From a virus (lineage: Duplodnaviria > Caudoviricetes): a DNA stretch of 53,225 bases. The stretch spans positions 1 through 53,225 of the IMG/VR virus record IMGVR_UViG_3300047157_000005; one strand, given 5' to 3'. The position numbers and the translations under genes were made by a program. Positions 9,203-19,186 of the stretch are shown here, piece after piece; within the stretch, counting starts at the first letter, position 1, and each line of letters starts with the position of its first letter. The notes beneath the pieces are model-generated. The model saw only the letters and a program-made list of their open reading frames with translations, searched no databases and had not been told where the DNA came from.

Positions 9203-10328
9203 TTTGTTTTTCCTTTCTTAATGGTGTATCAACAGTTAAATCCATAAACATTCCCAAATTTTCATTAAGACGTTTTTCTGCAATATCAACGTAATCTGGA
9301 TTTAATTCACACAGAATAGCATTTCTATTTAGATTACTTGCAACTTGTGCAGTTGTGCCTGACCCACCAAATGGATCTAAAACTGTGCCACCTTCTGGGC
9401 ATCCTGCCAGAATGCATGGAATAATTAAATCATGTGGATAAGTTGCAAAGTGTGCTTCAGAATAAGGTTTTGTTGTAACAGTCCATACTGACCTTTTGTT
9501 TCTTGTTTCACCTCCAACAGCATTCATATTACCATTAGTTTTGTAAGGAACTCTGCTACTTCCTTTTTGATCTTCTATGTTTTGCTTCAAACGATTTTTA
9601 GAAGACTCTGTACTATTTTCTTTAATAGCCTCATTATCAAAGTAATAATTCTTAGACTTGCTGAGTAGAAATATATATTCGTGAGACTTAGTGCATCTAT
9701 CTTTAACACTTTCAGGCATGGGATTAGGTTTATTCCAGATAATATCCTGACGCAAATACCAACCATCTGCTTGCAGTGCGAAAGCTACACGCCAAGGTAT
9801 ACCTATCAAGTCTTTAGATTTAAGACCATCTAGTTTATTGCCTCTAGCAGTTGAAAATTCTGGCAAATCCTGTTTTGTTTTTGATACAGTTTGTTTTGGA
9901 TATTTGCCATCTGATCTGTAGTTGTAATAAGTATCACCAAGGTTTAGCCAGACTGTTCCATCGTCACGCAGAACACGTTTAACTTCACGAAATAACTTTA
10001 CCAAGTTTTCGACAAACTTTTCTGGTGTTTCTTCTAAACCAAGTTGCTCATCTTTTCTAACAGCCCCACAATCTGGACATTCAGACCTATAAATTGAATT
10101 ACCAACGGCATTGTCTTGCCCATACATTTCTTTGTGACCTGTAATACAATTGTTACCTATTTTTGATTTACCTTTATGTGTGCAGTTTGGATCACCACCA
10201 ATCCACTCACCAGTTCCGTAATCCCTTAGACCCCAGTAAGGTGGTGAAGTCACACAAGTATTTACAGACTTTTCTTTCAGAGAAGACAAAGTTTCCAAAC
10301 AATTTCCTTTTAGTATTTTAATGGACAT
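9195..10328 (-). CDS. Orphan beta-class N4/N6 DNA methyltransferase
   Basis: Catalytic VTSPPY precedes SAM-binding VLDPFGGSGTT; RQDIIWNKPNPMPES and HFATYP; Cys-rich insert. Confidence 0.92.
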   Translation of the reverse strand: MSIKILKGNCLETLSSLKEKSVNTCVTSPPYWGLRDYGTGEWIGGDPNCTHKGKSKIGNNCITGHKEMYGQDNAVGNSIYRSECPDCGAVRKDEQLGLEETPEKFVENLVKLFREVKRVLRDDGTVWLNLGDTYYNYRSDGKYPKQTVSKTKQDLPEFSTARGNKLDGLKSKDLIGIPWRVAFALQADGWYLRQDIIWNKPNPMPESVKDRCTKSHEYIFLLSKSKNYYFDNEAIKENSTESSKNRLKQNIEDQKGSSRVPYKTNGNMNAVGGETRNKRSVWTVTTKPYSEAHFATYPHDLIIPCILAGCPEGGTVLDPFGGSGTTAQVASNLNRNAILCELNPDYVDIAEKRLNENLGMFMDLTVDTPLRKEKQNG

Positions 10329-10341
10329 ATTAATTTCTTTC

Positions 10342-12639
10342 TTAATTTATTGGTGGTGAGAAGTAAGCAAACCTTGGCCTACCCTTTGCACCTTCGTTTT
10401 GATTTCTACACTCAATACCTCTGTCAGTTTGCAGTGCATCAAGAATGTCAGCGCGTCTGCGCCTATCCATATTTGCAAAAGAAGATACACTTCTGGCTAA
10501 CTCACGTTCAGTTAAGCCAGTTAACCCAGCCTTTTCTATTCGTGCGTAAACTGCCTTACATGCCGCTTCAAATGGTCCTTCTGACATATTAGACCTGAAC
10601 ATCTCGATAGTTTGGATTGCATAGTGATCTACATAATCGATAGACCATTGCATTGCATCTGAACCTATTTCGTCCTGACCCATTGACCGAGCGATAATCA
10701 AAGACAAACGCATGGCAATCTCACGGCTACGATTGTACATAGCCTCCAGACCTGTACCTGTTTCCTTCTTAATTGCATTAACCAATCTCTGCTCGTACTC
10801 ACGCAGAAGATTTTCAGCTTCTTGAGTAAATGCAACTTCTAGTGGATGTGGTGGCATGTCATGACTGTTGCCAGTATCTAAGTCACCTTCATTTGCATTG
10901 GCATGATCCTTTGCCCAAGTAGCAAGTCGATCAGATATTGTTGACCTACGTTTCTTCTGGGACATCTGCACACCAATTTCAGACTTCACAATTATAAAAC
11001 GATTGAGCAATCCAGATGCAACATCACCTCCACCAATAGCTTGCATAAACTCTGATGGTGTAGACATTCCAACTAATGTGAGAGACGGACGCTTCACAAC
11101 CTTCTCCAACTTCTCTGCGTCTGCCGATTTCATTGTATTGGTTGCGTAACCTTGTTGCCTTAAAGTTCCGTCTTGGCGTCCAAAGCATTCCATGATTGCA
11201 GTTATTGCGTCAGCTTTATGTTGCATACCCTTTGCAGATGCCGCCTTTAACTGTCGCCCAAGTTCGTCAATTACAGATACATGCGTTGGCTTTTTAGTTA
11301 GCGTAGATAAAACACCCGCACTCGAAGTATAGCCAGCAGGCCCTATTAATTCATCTAGCCCAGACTGCTCAAGTAATTCCTCGATGACAGTTTTCGTGTG
11401 TTCCTTACCAGATCCTGTCTCACCAATATTTAAGAAGTATAAGCTAGAGAAGTTTCTCTGATCAGTAACCCACCGACGACCCATTGCAACTGAACCAAAT
11501 GCAATTGCACATTGCACAGCAAATTGAGGTTGGGGTTTGATTGCAGATACAGTGTAGTAATTTACAACATCCTGAAGAACGCCAGGCACACTTAGTAAAT
11601 GTTCAGGTATTTCACCTAGTGGTGTGTCTACTTCTTTTGATTTTGTAGACATAATATTCTTGGCGACTCTTGCGCCATGCTCGATTGCTTCCTTGTCTAA
11701 ATCATACTCTTCGTCTTGCGTCACGTTTAATATTTGAGCGGCTTCTTTGACCGCCTTCTGGACGTTACCCATGTGTTCGAACTGTAGCCACAATTCAAAT
11801 GCATCAAATGTATGTGCATTATCAAATGGATCAGATGCGTGGTGGCTGTAGGCTCTGCCATCATCAAATAATTTTACACCAGCTAATCCTGACGTGCTGT
11901 TGGGAGATAAATATCTACCCTTGGACGTTGGCTTGTATCCATACTGAACCATCAAAGTGTGCATGTCATGTGCATCATTGAATGCATCTATCACTGAAGT
12001 GCTATCACTTTTAGGTCTTGGCTTTCGTGTTGGCTGAAACTCTGCCTTCTTTTTCCAAGGGCATATGTCCTGAAGCTGTGGACGAAACTTATCCCACTCA
12101 CGCCACAATGTTAAAATTTGTGGTGGTAGTTCTGGGATGCCATCGAAGATTGATCTCCCTGCCCATTCATATGGACGACCTGTATCTGGATGGATACTTG
12201 GAGGAAGTACATCCTGAACAGAGCCTGCGCGCAATTCAAATACCACTTCGGTCTTGCGTGGATCTCCCTCGACAGGCCACGATATCTTGTGCGTGATTAA
12301 ATCAGGTGGAGCTTTAAAGATCAACTTACCACGATTTTCACGTCCGATAATCTGTGGTGCAGATTGCATCAACTCAGAAAAATCTATTCCCAGATGTTCA
12401 AAAATTATTTTTGTATGCTCGACATTATCTATGTCGATAGCACAAGTTCCAGATGCACCATGCAGTAATCCTACATTGTGATTTGGGTTCTGCTCATAAT
12501 ATAGTCTAGCCTGATCTGGATCGGACAATGCCTTCTCTGGTTGTTGCCAACCAAATCTCGTTGGCCCTTTGGAGCCAGCGGGGATTGTTACCAGATACCA
12601 ACTCAGCTTTGAACAGTAATCTTCTATCTGAAAGCTCAT
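10342..12639 (-). CDS. Bifunctional primase-polymerase fused to a DUF3987-like ATPase/helicase
   Basis: N-terminal Prim-Pol motifs (KGP..GW, NVGL, AIDID, VLPPSIHPDTGRPYEW); C-terminal Walker A GETGSGKE, Walker B VIDE and SGLLNRF. Confidence 0.88.
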   Translation of the reverse strand: MSFQIEDYCSKLSWYLVTIPAGSKGPTRFGWQQPEKALSDPDQARLYYEQNPNHNVGLLHGASGTCAIDIDNVEHTKIIFEHLGIDFSELMQSAPQIIGRENRGKLIFKAPPDLITHKISWPVEGDPRKTEVVFELRAGSVQDVLPPSIHPDTGRPYEWAGRSIFDGIPELPPQILTLWREWDKFRPQLQDICPWKKKAEFQPTRKPRPKSDSTSVIDAFNDAHDMHTLMVQYGYKPTSKGRYLSPNSTSGLAGVKLFDDGRAYSHHASDPFDNAHTFDAFELWLQFEHMGNVQKAVKEAAQILNVTQDEEYDLDKEAIEHGARVAKNIMSTKSKEVDTPLGEIPEHLLSVPGVLQDVVNYYTVSAIKPQPQFAVQCAIAFGSVAMGRRWVTDQRNFSSLYFLNIGETGSGKEHTKTVIEELLEQSGLDELIGPAGYTSSAGVLSTLTKKPTHVSVIDELGRQLKAASAKGMQHKADAITAIMECFGRQDGTLRQQGYATNTMKSADAEKLEKVVKRPSLTLVGMSTPSEFMQAIGGGDVASGLLNRFIIVKSEIGVQMSQKKRRSTISDRLATWAKDHANANEGDLDTGNSHDMPPHPLEVAFTQEAENLLREYEQRLVNAIKKETGTGLEAMYNRSREIAMRLSLIIARSMGQDEIGSDAMQWSIDYVDHYAIQTIEMFRSNMSEGPFEAACKAVYARIEKAGLTGLTERELARSVSSFANMDRRRRADILDALQTDRGIECRNQNEGAKGRPRFAYFSPPIN

Positions 12640-12821
12640 GCTGATTCGGTCAGATATTGGCTAAGTTTCTTCCAAGTTGTTAAACTGATGTGGTCAACGC
12701 CATCTCCTGATGCGATCCCCTTTACAGTTGGGTGAGATAGCCCACATTTCTCAGCGACAACAGTTAAACGTCTATCTTGCAACGCCTCTCGTATGTCGTC
12801 CAGTGGTAGTAGTGTTTGCAT
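12636..12821 (-). CDS. Small Cro-like HTH regulator
   Basis: Start moved to ATG 12821 (AAAGGA RBS); LTVVAEKCGLSHPTVKGIASG HTH; ATGA-coupled to prim-pol; sits at the divergent control region. Confidence 0.7.
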   Translation of the reverse strand: MQTLLPLDDIREALQDRRLTVVAEKCGLSHPTVKGIASGDGVDHISLTTWKKLSQYLTESA

Positions 12822-12933
12822 TATTTTGATCCTTTTTTGCATTATTTGTAAAAACATCTTTACATAGTGAAAATCTTTCTGTAAACAAGATTCTGTAGAG
12901 AATGAGTGAAAAAAAGAAAGAAAGGAAATTGCC

Positions 12934-13311
12934 ATGAGCAATATCGATGGACTTGCCTCCCAGTGGCTAGAAGTAAAGGCGTTAGAAAAACAGATTATCG
13001 CACAGCGTCATGCGATAGAAGAGCAAATCACAGAGGCACTAGATGCCAAAGATGAAGGCTCAATATCCCACAAATTATCAGAGCATAAAGTTACGTTATC
13101 ACAGCCTGTGTCTCGTAAGGTTGATGCTATTGCGTGGGATAAAGTTAAAGATAAAATCCCAAGTAACCTACACCCAGTAAAGGTAAGCGTATCTGCGGAT
13201 GCCGCTGGTTGTAGATATTTAGCGGAAAAAGAACCGCGCCTATGGTCGAAAATTGCCAAGGCATTCACAACTAAATCTGGAAAAATTGGTGTTAAAGTAG
13301 AGGCTCTGTAA
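12934..13311 (+). CDS. Conserved phage hypothetical protein, first gene of the recombination operon
   Basis: 125 aa; AAAGGA RBS; N-terminal coiled coil. Confidence 0.75.
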   Translation: MSNIDGLASQWLEVKALEKQIIAQRHAIEEQITEALDAKDEGSISHKLSEHKVTLSQPVSRKVDAIAWDKVKDKIPSNLHPVKVSVSADAAGCRYLAEKEPRLWSKIAKAFTTKSGKIGVKVEAL

Positions 13312-13487
13312 TGGAGCTTACTGCCAATGAATTGGTCATGCTATCCGAAGCGTTGAAGTCTGTGACGTTTATGGATGGCCTGACCAAAAGCCCAGAGCAG
13401 ATCAGATTGGAACGTAAACTGTCACGTTGGTCTGATCATGAAAATCTATTTTTTGTAGAAGGAGAAAATAATGGAAGAAATAAATAA
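13311..13487 (+). CDS. Small hypothetical protein (58 aa, absent from the ORF track)
   Basis: TAATG overlap; MELTANELVMLSEALKSVTF...GRNK. Confidence 0.5.
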   Translation: MELTANELVMLSEALKSVTFMDGLTKSPEQIRLERKLSRWSDHENLFFVEGENNGRNK

Positions 13488-13547
13488 AATATTAGACGAG
13501 GTATTTGCCTCTGTCTTTAAAGAGAAATGGGAGGATAGAGAATATAA

Positions 13548-14303
13548 ATGGCTATAAATTTAAAATCACTATCTAAGCCATCAGGTCAGCGACCAATAAT
13601 CGCCACCTTATTTGGTGAAGGCGGAATGGGTAAAACTACTCTAGCCGCTATGTTCCCAAAGCCAGTCTTTATCAGAACTGAAGATGGAACTGCATCACTT
13701 ATGGGTAATAAGGAAGTTAGTCTGTTCCCATTGGCAACATCATCAAATGATGTCTTAGATGCAATTGAAGCTCTAGCCACTGACAAGCATGAGTTTAAGA
13801 CATTGGTTATCGATAGCATTACGCAATTGGCAACAATGATCGAAAGCGAAATTGTAGCGGCTGATCCTAAAGCTAAATCTATAAACCAAGCGGGGGGCGG
13901 ATATGGAGCAGGGTATGGAACTGCATCTGAGAAGCACCGCCAGATCAGAGAGTGGGCAGGATCTCTTGCCTATGAAACTGGAATGAATGTGGTCTTCATT
14001 GGACATGCCGACACTGAGACGTTGGACTTGCCTGATCTAGATCCATACGCAAGGTACTGCGTGAGGATGCATAAGAAGAGCATTCCACATTACACTGATA
14101 ATGTTGACCTAGTTGGATTAATCCGACTGAAGACATTTACTCGCGGAGATGGCGATAAGAAGCGCGCCATTTCTACTGGTGAACGTGAGATACTGTGCTT
14201 TCCACAGGCATCATCAGTCACCAAAAATCGGTTCAACATTACTGAACCACTGCCATTTACATTTGATGGCGGCAATCCATTTTCACAATTTGTAGCAGAG
14301 TAG
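13548..14303 (+). CDS. AAA_24/Sak4-like ATPase (putative recombinase)
   Basis: GEGGMGKTT, TEDG, TLVIDSIT, GGGYGAGY, KNRF. Confidence 0.85.
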   Translation: MAINLKSLSKPSGQRPIIATLFGEGGMGKTTLAAMFPKPVFIRTEDGTASLMGNKEVSLFPLATSSNDVLDAIEALATDKHEFKTLVIDSITQLATMIESEIVAADPKAKSINQAGGGYGAGYGTASEKHRQIREWAGSLAYETGMNVVFIGHADTETLDLPDLDPYARYCVRMHKKSIPHYTDNVDLVGLIRLKTFTRGDGDKKRAISTGEREILCFPQASSVTKNRFNITEPLPFTFDGGNPFSQFVAE

Positions 14304-14313
14304 GAGAACTCAC

Positions 14314-14775
14314 ATGGACTTAAACGGATTTAACGCATTGGAAATTGAGCCAACAACAACTAACGAACCAATCCCAGCAGATTGGTACAAGGCTGTAATT
14401 TCTAACACCGAGCAGAAGGCAACCAAAGCTGGAACTGGCTCATACCTAGAACTCACAATTGACGTGATCGAAGGATCATATCAAGGCAGAAAAATTTGGG
14501 ATCGACTAAACTTACAGAACCCAAACCAAACTGCGGTTGAGATTGCACAACGTAATCTATCGAGCATTTGTCGTGCGATTGGTGTGAACAACCCAAAGGA
14601 TAGTGCTGAGTTATGTGACAAGCCACTGATGGTTAAAGTTGCAGTTAGAGCGGCTGATGGTCAATATGATGCCACTAACGAAGTTAAGGGTTATGACGCG
14701 GCAGGTGGAGCTACGGCTACTGCATCACCTGTAGTTGCAACTGCGAGTGCATCTACACCACCTTGGAAGAAGTAA
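14314..14775 (+). CDS. DUF669-like single-stranded DNA-binding protein
   Basis: PIPADWY...YLEL...GRKIWDRLNL...NEVKGY; C-terminal PPWKK; follows the Sak4-like gene. Confidence 0.8.
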   Translation: MDLNGFNALEIEPTTTNEPIPADWYKAVISNTEQKATKAGTGSYLELTIDVIEGSYQGRKIWDRLNLQNPNQTAVEIAQRNLSSICRAIGVNNPKDSAELCDKPLMVKVAVRAADGQYDATNEVKGYDAAGGATATASPVVATASASTPPWKK

Positions 14776-14788
14776 CGTCTACCTCTGG

Positions 14789-14811
14789 ATCGGCTCCGTG
14801 TGAGCCGATTT
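14789..14811 (+). terminator. Hairpin after the SSB gene (weak terminator or stabiliser)
   Basis: ATCGGCTC-N5-GAGCCGAT followed by a short T run. Confidence 0.4.
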
Positions 14812-14820
14812 ACTAGATAG

Positions 14821-15774
14821 ATGGAGAAGCCAATGAACCTTGAACAATACATGACGCCAGAAACAGTTCGCCTCATTTACGAGAAATATCAACAGAAACG
14901 AAAGAATGAGCATCGACCTCACTTGGGTGGATCTCAAATTGGCAATGAATGTAGTCGCGCACTTTGGTATCAGTTTAGACACGCATGGACGCCAGACTTC
15001 TCTGGGAGAATACTTCGATTGTTTGAAACAGGTGATCGTGAAGAAGATCGTGTTGTATCTAACCTAAGAGATATCGGTGTAGAGATTTGGGAAGTAGACC
15101 CAGAAACTGGCAAGCAAGTTAGATTTACAGAATGTGGTGGTCACTTCGCATTGTCTCTGGATGGCGTAGGTCTTGGTTTTCCTGAAAGCAGTAAGCCACA
15201 CACACTTGAATTTAAAACAATGAACACCAGAAGTTTTAAAGATATCGAGAAGAAGGGATTGCAGAAAAGCAAGCCTATCTATTGGGCGCAATGCCAGATT
15301 GGTATGCACTTAGCTGAATTAGAGAACTGCTACTTCTTTGCAGTTTGTAAGGAGACTGACGCTATTTATGCAGAACGTCTAAAGCTAGATAAGTCTGAGG
15401 CCATGCAACTTATAGAGAAGGCAAATAAAATTATATTTGCAGAGACGCCACCATCCAAATTAAGTGAGGATGCAAGTTTTTGGCAATGCAAGTTCTGTCC
15501 GTATTGGGCAGTATGTCATGGATGCAAAATACCAGAAGTTAGCTGTAGAACGTGTAGCCATGTGACCCCAGAGAAAGATGGGACTTGGAGTTGCGCCAAA
15601 GGAAAGCCCACAGTTACTTGTGATGAACATCTATACATCCCACAAATCATGCCAAAAGATTTGGTGGTGCATGATGCTGGTGATGACTTTGTTGAATACC
15701 AAGATCAAGACACTGGTGAGATCATTAAGAACAAGGAGAACAGCCAAGCTATCTTTGATGGTAGGATGGTGTAA
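14821..15774 (+). CDS. Cas4-like PD-(D/E)XK exonuclease
   Basis: RPHLGGSQIGNECSRALWY, LDG, LEFKT, AQCQIGM, CKFCPYWAVC and CRTC Cys cluster. Confidence 0.85.
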   Translation: MEKPMNLEQYMTPETVRLIYEKYQQKRKNEHRPHLGGSQIGNECSRALWYQFRHAWTPDFSGRILRLFETGDREEDRVVSNLRDIGVEIWEVDPETGKQVRFTECGGHFALSLDGVGLGFPESSKPHTLEFKTMNTRSFKDIEKKGLQKSKPIYWAQCQIGMHLAELENCYFFAVCKETDAIYAERLKLDKSEAMQLIEKANKIIFAETPPSKLSEDASFWQCKFCPYWAVCHGCKIPEVSCRTCSHVTPEKDGTWSCAKGKPTVTCDEHLYIPQIMPKDLVVHDAGDDFVEYQDQDTGEIIKNKENSQAIFDGRMV

Positions 15775-16286
15775 TGGTTTTAAATGTAAGATTGACTAGA
15801 TCAGAAATGTCAGAAGTAAAACAAGCGGCGGCTTTACGTTGGCAATTGGCAAGGGCAAGCGGTGTTGTAAATCAACGCAAAGATATTAGATCAGATGCTG
15901 ATATTGATCTTCTAGGTTTAAAGGCTGAAATGGCAGTCGCAAAAGCCTTACAGCTTCCATATAGGGCATCTGACCTTGGCATAGATAGTGGTGCTGATAT
16001 GTGGTCTGAAGACGTAAGTATTGACGTGAAGGCAACGTATCATAAATCAGGCAAGCTATTATTTAAATCCTTAGATTCGTTTGTCGCTGAATACGCAATA
16101 TTAGTTACCATATCTGATGATGAAGATGTGATGCGTATTGTTGGAGGTATGGGTAGAGATAGATTTAAATTAGAAGCAGTAGAGACAGACTTGGGTAGGG
16201 GTATATGTTGGGTTGCACCTCAAGACATATTAACACCCATAGAAGGCGTTTGGCTTGCATTAACTCAGTGGAGGTTGTGCAGATGA
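15774..16286 (+). CDS. Putative PD-(D/E)XK nuclease-fold protein
   Basis: GLKAEMAVA...DSGAD...IDVKAT. Confidence 0.55.
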   Translation: MVLNVRLTRSEMSEVKQAAALRWQLARASGVVNQRKDIRSDADIDLLGLKAEMAVAKALQLPYRASDLGIDSGADMWSEDVSIDVKATYHKSGKLLFKSLDSFVAEYAILVTISDDEDVMRIVGGMGRDRFKLEAVETDLGRGICWVAPQDILTPIEGVWLALTQWRLCR

Positions 16287-16316
16287 CCTTTAAGTTATCT
16301 TTGATGGCAGAATGAA

Positions 16317-16865
16317 ATGATAGAAGACACGATAGTGAGAGAGGCTGTATTAGAAGATATAAAATATGTTGTCAGCCTCAGTAAAAAAGAAAGTTTGAGT
16401 TTAGGTTTTATTCCAAAGATGGCGTATGAATCTGCGATCACAGGAATCAAAACTGGCAAGAGATGGTCACCTGTTTGTAATGACAAACTATTTGTGTGTA
16501 CTGTTAACGATGACCTTGTTGGTTTTTGCCTAGCTAGTTTTGGCAAAAGAAATGCAATCTACCGCAAGGGAAAGATAGCTCAGATTTGCCTACAAGAAGA
16601 TGCCAGAAAATTTGAGAGGGGCAAACTGCTTTTAAACGTAGTTATCAATTGGGGTAAGTCTATTGGGACTTTATCTTTTGATGCAGGTTGTGCTGACGAT
16701 TTGGAAAGTAATTTCTTTTGGCAAGCTATGGGTTGGGAGATTGCAGGATCTCGTAAGGGTATCGGGCATAAGAACACTTGGGTTCAAACAAGCAAACGCA
16801 AAATCAATATATATAACTACGATCCCAATTGGCTAAGTGGATTAATAATAGGAGACGTTAAATGA
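16317..16865 (+). CDS. GNAT-family acetyltransferase
   Basis: VREAVLEDI, LVGFC, QICLQEDARKFERGKLLL (motif A-like), SNFFWQAMGW (motif B). Confidence 0.8.
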   Translation: MIEDTIVREAVLEDIKYVVSLSKKESLSLGFIPKMAYESAITGIKTGKRWSPVCNDKLFVCTVNDDLVGFCLASFGKRNAIYRKGKIAQICLQEDARKFERGKLLLNVVINWGKSIGTLSFDAGCADDLESNFFWQAMGWEIAGSRKGIGHKNTWVQTSKRKINIYNYDPNWLSGLIIGDVK

Positions 16866-18520
16866 CATTTACCCTTAGAGACTACCAAAAAGAAGCAATA
16901 GATGGGCTGTACAGCTACTGGGCAAGTAAGTCAGGGGATAATCCACTAATCGTTGCGCCTACAGGCTCTGGGAAGACTGCGATCATCGCACAACTGATTT
17001 CAGACGCCATGAGCTACCACGGCACGAGAGTTATGGTTGTAACGCACGTTAGAGAGCTTCTGGAGCAAGGTGCTTCAGGATTGGTCAAACTGTACCCACA
17101 GGCTGATTTTTGCTTCTACAGCGCGTCTGTGGGTGAGAAGCGACTAGACAAACCTATTATATTTGCAGGCATACAAAGTGTATGGGAGAGAGCCTACCAG
17201 ATCGTCCCTGCAATTGATTTGATATTAATCGATGAAGCTCACATGCTACCCAAGAATGAAGGCACTCGATACAACAAATTCATAGCTGACATGAAGAGTT
17301 GCAATCCAGATGTTAAAGTTGTTGGACTGACTGCCACGCCATACCGATTAGACAGTGGATACTTGCACAAAGGCGAGGGAGCTATCTTTGATGGAATTGC
17401 ACATGACATATCTGTTGAGATGCTCATGGAGCAAGGTTACCTATCTCCTGTCATATCCAAGGGCGGAATTAAACAGATCGACCTGACAAATGTCAAGAAA
17501 CGTGGTGGTGAATTTATCGAGAGCCAATTGGCTACTGCCGCATCAGATCCAGAGTTAGTTGCGTCTACAGTCGCAGAGATAGTTGACTTAGGATCAGATA
17601 GGAAAAGTTGGTTGGTGTTTAGCTCTGGTGTGAGCCACGCACAAATGTTGGCAGATGAATTTGAATTTCACAATATATCAGTTGGAGTTGTTACTGGATC
17701 AGATGGAAAGAAAACCAGAGATCAGACAATTGCTGATTTTAAATCAGGCAAACTAAAATGCCTGATCAATGTGAATGTGTTGACCACTGGCTTTGATCAT
17801 CCTTCTGTGGATCTCGTCGCGTTGGTTAGAGCTACAGCATCAACTGGATTGTATGTGCAAATGGTTGGACGTGGCACTAGAATTGCAAATGGCAAGGAAA
17901 ACTGCCTGATATTAGATTATGGTCAAAATGTTGAGCGTCACGGATTTATCGATAAGGTTAAGCCAAAAGATAAAATGAGTGGTGGTGATGGAGAAGCTCC
18001 AGTTAAGACATGCGAGAAATGCCAGACGATGGTTCACGCCGCCGCTCAAGTTTGTCCTGAGTGTGGATTTCAGTTTCCACCGCCTATGCTTAATCACAGT
18101 TCAAGTTCATACCGAGGTGCTATGTTATCGTCTCAAGTAGAATCCGAGTGGGTTGATGTCGATAGTGTGTACTATTCAAGGCATAAGAAAGATGGAAAGC
18201 CAGACAGTGTGAAGGTGACTTACCATTGTGGAATGATGTCAAACTCTGAGTGGCTGTGTCCAGATCATGGTGGATACGCCGCCAGTAGATATAGATCCAG
18301 AAAACCTTTGCTCAACTCAACGGCAGATACAACAAATGAAGCTCTGGACGAATCAAGTTCTTGGATAACGCCTAGTCGCATAAAAGTTAGACCATCATCT
18401 CACAATCCAAAATACAAAGAAATTGTAGAATTTGATTATACACAAGTGGAGAAGAAACATGAGACGCAAACGCAAAACTCGGACTACTACGATTGGACTG
18501 GTGAAGATATCCCCTTCTGA
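16862..18520 (+). CDS. SF2 DEAD/DEAH-box helicase (RadD-like) with Zn finger
   Basis: LRDYQ, APTGSGKT, DEAH, LTATP, LTTGFD, QMVGRGTR, CxxC...CPEC. Confidence 0.93.
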   Translation: MTFTLRDYQKEAIDGLYSYWASKSGDNPLIVAPTGSGKTAIIAQLISDAMSYHGTRVMVVTHVRELLEQGASGLVKLYPQADFCFYSASVGEKRLDKPIIFAGIQSVWERAYQIVPAIDLILIDEAHMLPKNEGTRYNKFIADMKSCNPDVKVVGLTATPYRLDSGYLHKGEGAIFDGIAHDISVEMLMEQGYLSPVISKGGIKQIDLTNVKKRGGEFIESQLATAASDPELVASTVAEIVDLGSDRKSWLVFSSGVSHAQMLADEFEFHNISVGVVTGSDGKKTRDQTIADFKSGKLKCLINVNVLTTGFDHPSVDLVALVRATASTGLYVQMVGRGTRIANGKENCLILDYGQNVERHGFIDKVKPKDKMSGGDGEAPVKTCEKCQTMVHAAAQVCPECGFQFPPPMLNHSSSSYRGAMLSSQVESEWVDVDSVYYSRHKKDGKPDSVKVTYHCGMMSNSEWLCPDHGGYAASRYRSRKPLLNSTADTTNEALDESSSWITPSRIKVRPSSHNPKYKEIVEFDYTQVEKKHETQTQNSDYYDWTGEDIPF

Positions 18521-18851
18521 GCATGACGAGCAAGTTGGATTTATCAATTGGTTTCGAGCTAAATATCCAAGCGTTTTGATTTTTGCAATTCCTAATGGCG
18601 AGAAGAGAGCCATTAGCGTTGCCAAAAGATTAAAAGCTGAAGGTGTAGTTCGAGGCGTCCCAGATTTATATGTTCCTACTTGGAACTTGTGGATTGAAAT
18701 GAAACGAGCTTCAGGTGGAAGACTTTCGCCTGATCAGAAAGAAATGATAAATTATTTAGAAAGTATTGGAAATACAGTTATCATAGGGAAAGGGGCAAGT
18801 GATGCCTCTAAGAAAGTATTGGAGTTTATGGAGAAAGGAAAACTAGAATGA
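18432..18851 (+). CDS. VRR-NUC domain nuclease (start uncertain)
   Basis: SEHDEQ, FAIPNG, GVVRGVPDL, WIEMK, GRLSPDQ. Confidence 0.85.
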   Translation: MIIHKWRRNMRRKRKTRTTTIGLVKISPSEHDEQVGFINWFRAKYPSVLIFAIPNGEKRAISVAKRLKAEGVVRGVPDLYVPTWNLWIEMKRASGGRLSPDQKEMINYLESIGNTVIIGKGASDASKKVLEFMEKGKLE

Positions 18852-19108
18852 CGTGGGAAATAAAAAAAATAATATGTGGAAATCAAGAGCATTATAAAAA
18901 AGCTCAAGATAAATATGGAGAGGCGTGGAGGATACAAGCCAAGAAAGATAAAAATGACAATCCTGCATTAAGGTTAAGCCAGAAGCCATTGAAAAATGGT
19001 ACTTTAAGCAAAGAAGGGGCGTCCAGAGGTGGCAAGAATAGTGCAAAAACACATGCACATATTCAACAGCAACTTAGTTTGTTCCCAAAAAGCCTTCTAA
19101 GTCATTGA
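18848..19108 (+). CDS. Hypothetical basic protein
   Basis: 86 aa; ATGA overlap; GASRGGK motif. Confidence 0.6.
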   Translation: MTWEIKKIICGNQEHYKKAQDKYGEAWRIQAKKDKNDNPALRLSQKPLKNGTLSKEGASRGGKNSAKTHAHIQQQLSLFPKSLLSH

Positions 19109-19128
19109 AAACAAACAAAACTTTCCCC

Positions 19129-19186
19129 TTGATATACTACATTTAGTATGCTATATAATGTATGTAGAGAGAAAAGGAGATTTTCT
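19129..19186 (+). promoter_or_regulatory. Sigma70-like promoter with operator palindrome, plus RBS
   Basis: TTGATA-N17-TATATA; ATACTA-N4-TAGTAT at 19134-19149; near-copy of 6207-6266. Confidence 0.7.

Noticed and set aside
12636-12941. Lysogeny module, or the 101-aa version of the HTH ORF
   Set aside because: No integrase or CI-type repressor is present. The 5' extension spans the divergent promoter region, and the RBS supports a start at 12821.
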